Notes under the pieces: model-generated
Database searches by the model: none
What the model saw: only the letters and a program-made list of their open reading frames with translations
Told to the model about the DNA's origin: nothing
From: an uncultured Chloroflexia bacterium
GTDB lineage: Bacteria; Chloroflexota; Limnocylindria; Limnocylindrales; CSP1-4
Assembly (NCBI GenBank): GCA_963768655.1
Contig: CAVYIM010000005.1
Span: forward strand, 1-64,000
Direction of reading: 5' to 3'
DNA: 64,000 nucleotides
Part shown: positions 60,171-64,000 of the stretch, in pieces
Layout: each line of letters begins with the position of its first letter
Position numbering within the stretch: position 1 is the stretch's first letter
Translations under genes and position numbers: made by a program

Positions 60171-62246
60171 TCAGGAAACCGGGCTTGCCAGCGTCCTGCC
60201 GTCTCTCAACGCCGCCGCCGCCTGCCTGAAGGCCTCGGCCTCGACAGGGGCGCCCATGGCCTCCGCCTCGGTCGCCGCCCGCTCCAGTAGCGGCAGAGCG
60301 CGAGGCACGTCGCCGGCCGCGATCCGATGCCGTGCCAGTTCGGCGGCATCCGTGGCCGGTTCCACCGCCTCGAGCCGGTCGGCCAGGAAGGCGTGCAGAT
60401 GCTGCTTTCTGTCGGTGAGCAGGCGTCCGTACGCGGCGTCGTGGAAGAGCTGGTGCCGGAAACGCCAGCAACCCGTCGGCTGGCCCTCTCCATCGCGTTG
60501 CTCCGACTCGCCCTCGCAACGTACGAGTACCCCCGCGTCTGCGAGCTGGCACAGGTCGTCGCCCAGGTCCGACCGGCCCTCGAGCTCGCACAGCAGCCAC
60601 TCCGGGAACGTGACGCCGATGACGGCCGCGACTTCCAGAGCCGACCGCTGGCCCGGCGGCAGGGCGTCGATCCGGGCCCCCAGCAGCGCCCGCAGGCTGA
60701 GAGGCACGCTTCGCCGCGCGGCCTCACGATCGATCCGCAGCCGCTCGCCGACATGCTCCATCCGCCCGCTGGCCCGAAGCATCCGAATGACCTCGCCGAT
60801 GAACAGGGCATTGCCGGCGGTTCGCTCGAAGAGCCAGTGAGCCGAATCCGGCTCCAGCTCGGCGCCGCACACCGCCGTTCCCAGCTCTTCGGTCGCCGCC
60901 TCGTCCAGGCCGCTGAGCTCGATCACCTCGACGTGGGGCAGGTTCGTCCATTCGGGCTCGAGCGGCGGCCGGATGCTCGTGAAGACAACGATCGGCAGCT
61001 CGGCAGCCAGCCGGACCATCTCCGCCAGCATCAACTGGCTCGACGGGTCCATCCAGTGGTAGTCGTCGAGAACGAAGCAGCGGGGCTGAGTCGCGACGAG
61101 CCCCGAGAGGAACGACTTCGCCGCGAGCCGGAGCCCGGTGGCCAGCTCGGCTGGGTCCGAGAGCCCGGCGAACCGCTGATCCCAACCTTCCTCCGGCAGC
61201 AGCATCATCTCGGAGTCACGGGCAATGACCGCCGCCGCGCCGAACAGCAGGCGCGCCGTCTCTTCGTCCATCTGCGAGCCGACGGCCTGGCGAGCGAGGA
61301 TCCCGGCCTTGACGCCGAACTCGTCGGCCAGGGCATCGATCATGGCCCGGACCGTGTGGTACGGAGCGCCCATGCGGTGGGGCGGATTGTCGATCCAGAC
61401 CCAGCCGAATCCGGCCGCCCGCGCCTCCGACTCCATCTCCGAAAGGAGTCGCGACTTGCCGATCCCGGCCTCGCCACAGACGACGACCGCCCCTCCGCGG
61501 CCGGTTCGCGCGGTACGGCGGATCGCCTCGGCCAGGCGGCGCCGCTCCGCCTCCCTGCCGACCAGCCGAACGCCCCGGCCGAAGCTCCCCCGGCGGCGCC
61601 GCTCGTCGCGCAGGCGGTGGATCAGGATCGGCCGGCTCTGGCCGCGCAGCAGGCGCTCGCCGACGCGCTCCACGCCGATCCTGGGTTCCGCGGCCTGGAC
61701 GGTGGCCTCGTCGAGCAGCGCCTCCGCAGGCTCGGCGAGCTGCTGCAGCCGGGCCGCCGTCGTCATACAGTCGCCGGTCAGAGCCACGGAGCGGATTCCG
61801 GCCAGATCGCGCACCGCCGCGACGACCTCGCCGGTGGCGATGCCGACTCGCAGCCGCAGCGGCCTGTCGCTCCCCTCGCCGAGCCGTGCCAGCGCCGCCT
61901 GCATCTCCAGGGCGCACAGGCATGCCCGCAGGGCGTCGTCGTCGTGAGCCGTGGGGGCGCCGAAGACGGCCAGCACGGCATCCCCGACGAACTTCTCGAG
62001 CGAGCCGTCGAATTGGACGACAGCGTCGCCAAGGACCGTCAGGGCACCGTCTACGCGGGACCGGACTTCCTCGGGATCGAGCTCGTCGACGAGCTGCGTG
62101 TAGCCCACCAGATCCGCGAACAGGGCGGTCACCACGCGACGATCGCCGGCTTTCAAGCCGGTCGAGGTGGATTCCAGCTTCCTGCCGCACTGGTAGCAGA
62201 AGCGTGCTGCCGGCGCCTTCGGCGCCGCACAATCGGGACACAGCAT
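60171..62246 (-). CDS. Class III adenylate/guanylate cyclase with N-terminal zinc ribbon and AAA/STAND ATPase
   Basis: CPDC...CYQCG, LFADLVGYT, KFVGDAV, AARLQ, GEAGIGKSRL, LDDYHWMD. Confidence 0.9.
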   Translation of the reverse strand: MLCPDCAAPKAPAARFCYQCGRKLESTSTGLKAGDRRVVTALFADLVGYTQLVDELDPEEVRSRVDGALTVLGDAVVQFDGSLEKFVGDAVLAVFGAPTAHDDDALRACLCALEMQAALARLGEGSDRPLRLRVGIATGEVVAAVRDLAGIRSVALTGDCMTTAARLQQLAEPAEALLDEATVQAAEPRIGVERVGERLLRGQSRPILIHRLRDERRRRGSFGRGVRLVGREAERRRLAEAIRRTARTGRGGAVVVCGEAGIGKSRLLSEMESEARAAGFGWVWIDNPPHRMGAPYHTVRAMIDALADEFGVKAGILARQAVGSQMDEETARLLFGAAAVIARDSEMMLLPEEGWDQRFAGLSDPAELATGLRLAAKSFLSGLVATQPRCFVLDDYHWMDPSSQLMLAEMVRLAAELPIVVFTSIRPPLEPEWTNLPHVEVIELSGLDEAATEELGTAVCGAELEPDSAHWLFERTAGNALFIGEVIRMLRASGRMEHVGERLRIDREAARRSVPLSLRALLGARIDALPPGQRSALEVAAVIGVTFPEWLLCELEGRSDLGDDLCQLADAGVLVRCEGESEQRDGEGQPTGCWRFRHQLFHDAAYGRLLTDRKQHLHAFLADRLEAVEPATDAAELARHRIAAGDVPRALPLLERAATEAEAMGAPVEAEAFRQAAAALRDGRTLASPVS

Positions 62247-62410
62247 CGGGCAACCACAGAATGGACGGGTGCCCCGATGGTACCCCGTCGCAACACTGCC
62301 TGAAAGGTCAGATCGCGCTTGACCGGACGGTCACACTTCGCGCTGCGGACCAGAGAGCCCGCCCGATAGCGGCGGCATCCGGACCCGTCCGCATCGGCGA
62401 GTTCGCCAGG

Positions 62411-63481
62411 TCAGGAGATGGTCAGGACCGGCTGCTCGTTCGCGGCCTGGACGCTCACCTTGCCGGCGATCGCGCGGGCGACGTGGGTGAGGGCCTTCGC
62501 CGCCGGTCCCGGCTCGCGCTGGGCCACCGCCGGCACGCCCACGTCGGCGCCCTGGCGAACCGTTATGTCGAGCGGGACGGCGCCCAGGAAGTCGATGCCA
62601 TTCTCCGCCGCGAAGCGCTCGCCGCCGCCCCGGCCGAAGATGTCGGTCGTCTCGCCGCAATGGGCGCAGACGAAGCCAGACATGTTCTCCACGATGCCGA
62701 GGACGGGAACGCTGACCCGGCGGAACATCGCCAGGGCCTTGGTCACGTCCGACAACGAAACCTGCTGGGGCGTGGTGACGAGAACGGCGCCGGTGATGGG
62801 CACCGATTGGGCCAGGGTCAGCTGCGCGTCCGAGGTTCCGGGCGGCAGGTCAACGACCAGGTAGTCGAGGTCGCCCCATTCGACGTCGCGCAGAAACTGC
62901 TGTATCGCGCCCCCGACCAGCGGGCCCCGCCAGACGACCGGCTGGCCTTCCGGCAAGAAGAACTGAATCGAGATCACCTTGACGCCGTGGGCCTCGATAG
63001 GCGTGATCTTCCCCGCGGGGCTGGCCACCGGCTGGCCCTCGGCCCCGATCATCATCGGGATGTTGGGGCCGGTGATATCGGCGTCTAGCAGGCCCACCGA
63101 TGCTCCTGCCTGGGCCAGCGCCACGGCCAGGTTCACGCTTATCGTGCTCTTGCCCACGCCGCCCTTGCCGGAGGCGACAGCCACGATGTTCTTGACACCG
63201 GGCAGGAGCTGCGGTGTCGCGGGCGTGGCACGGCGAACCGTGGCGCCCCAGGCAACCTCGATCGTCTCCGCCCCAATCGGCCGCAGTGCCCGTTCGACGA
63301 GGACCTGGATCTCGTCCTTGAGAGGGCAGGCGGGCGTCGTCAGCTCGATCGTGAAGGCGACCCTTGTCCCGTCGATCGTGAGGTCCCTGATCATGTTGCG
63401 CGAGACGAGGTCCCCGCCGAGCTCGGGCTCCTGGACGGTGGCCAATGCCTTGAGGACGGCTGCTTCGGTCAGTGTGGGCAT
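62411..63481 (-). CDS. mrp: Mrp/ApbC (NBP35) Fe-S cluster carrier ATPase
   Basis: DUF59 N-terminus (TPACP), ASGKGGVGKST, VWRGP, DLPPGT, ENMSGFVCAHC. Confidence 0.95.
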   Translation of the reverse strand: MPTLTEAAVLKALATVQEPELGGDLVSRNMIRDLTIDGTRVAFTIELTTPACPLKDEIQVLVERALRPIGAETIEVAWGATVRRATPATPQLLPGVKNIVAVASGKGGVGKSTISVNLAVALAQAGASVGLLDADITGPNIPMMIGAEGQPVASPAGKITPIEAHGVKVISIQFFLPEGQPVVWRGPLVGGAIQQFLRDVEWGDLDYLVVDLPPGTSDAQLTLAQSVPITGAVLVTTPQQVSLSDVTKALAMFRRVSVPVLGIVENMSGFVCAHCGETTDIFGRGGGERFAAENGIDFLGAVPLDITVRQGADVGVPAVAQREPGPAAKALTHVARAIAGKVSVQAANEQPVLTIS

Positions 63482-63598
63482 TCGGTGGGCTACCTCGGGT
63501 TTTGCGGGTTTCGCAGGTCGTCGGGCGCGGACGGTGCGCGCCTCGTCGCGGATATCCTACGGCTTTGGTAGGGAATACGCCCGCGGGGCGGGCATGGC

Positions 63599-64000
63599 CT
63601 ATTGGACGCAGAACTCGTTGTCCTCCGGGTCGTTCATCCGGACCCAGAACTCGCCTTCCTGCTCGATGGCGCCGCGGCGATCGCTGGCGCCCAGCGCCTT
63701 CAGGCGGGCAACCTCCGCCGCGATCCGGGCCTTGCGTTCCTCCGACGGCGCCTGGCTTCCGCCGCCGACGTCGAGGTCGAGGTGCATCCGGTTCTTTGCG
63801 ACCTTGCCCTCGGGCACGCGCTGGAAGTAGAGGCGCGGGCCGGCTTTCCCGGGATCCTCGGCCGCGGCCCAGTCATTCCAGCGCTCCTCGGGGATCCCCT
63901 CCGCCCGGGCCCAGTCCCGCCAGCTCGAGAAACCCTCGGGAGGCTCCTGCAGGCGGTAGTGCAGCGCCTCTGCCCAGAACTGCGCCTGTCTGCCTGGATC
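63599..64000 (-). CDS. VOC/glyoxalase family protein (5' end beyond window)
   Basis: Frame open to the window end: AQFWAEAL...PRLYFQRVPEGKVAKNRMHLDL...DPEDNEFC. Confidence 0.88.
   Translation of the reverse strand, partial: DPGRQAQFWAEALHYRLQEPPEGFSSWRDWARAEGIPEERWNDWAAAEDPGKAGPRLYFQRVPEGKVAKNRMHLDLDVGGGSQAPSEERKARIAAEVARLKALGASDRRGAIEQEGEFWVRMNDPEDNEFCVQ

Overview
High-GC bacterial chromosomal segment; gene style suggests Chloroflexota (inference only). The left 39 kb and right 9.5 kb are mostly housekeeping: a UvrD-type helicase-nuclease, a frameshifted PAS hybrid kinase, rarA, a VapBC-type TA pair, an aminotransferase-serA-histidine phosphatase operon, a MoxR/DUF58/transglutaminase triad, valS with a T-box, an ECF sigma/anti-sigma pair, an FAD/Fe-S oxidoreductase, tig-clpP-clpX, cinA, a cAMP-related cluster and mrp. 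The standout is 39.8-54.4 kb, where nine co-oriented Kelch beta-propeller lipoprotein genes (K1-K9) lie directly downstream of tRNA-Leu(TAG). Each gene has its own conserved ECF-type promoter, (T/G)CAC-N16-CGTC. The genes are separated by recombination-site-like repeats: four copies of the tRNA 3' half (GTGG-N13-CGAACC) and five copies of a related arm (GTGG-N18-CGAACC), whose left and right arms are swapped at a shared GTGG core. The 5-bp arm offset resembles large serine integrase attB/attP half-sites, but no recombinase gene is in the window. The array also shows a 1737-bp tandem amplification, mosaic genes with loop-focused variation, and orphan C-terminal blades. Together these suggest an integron-like, tRNA-anchored cassette system diversifying surface propeller proteins.
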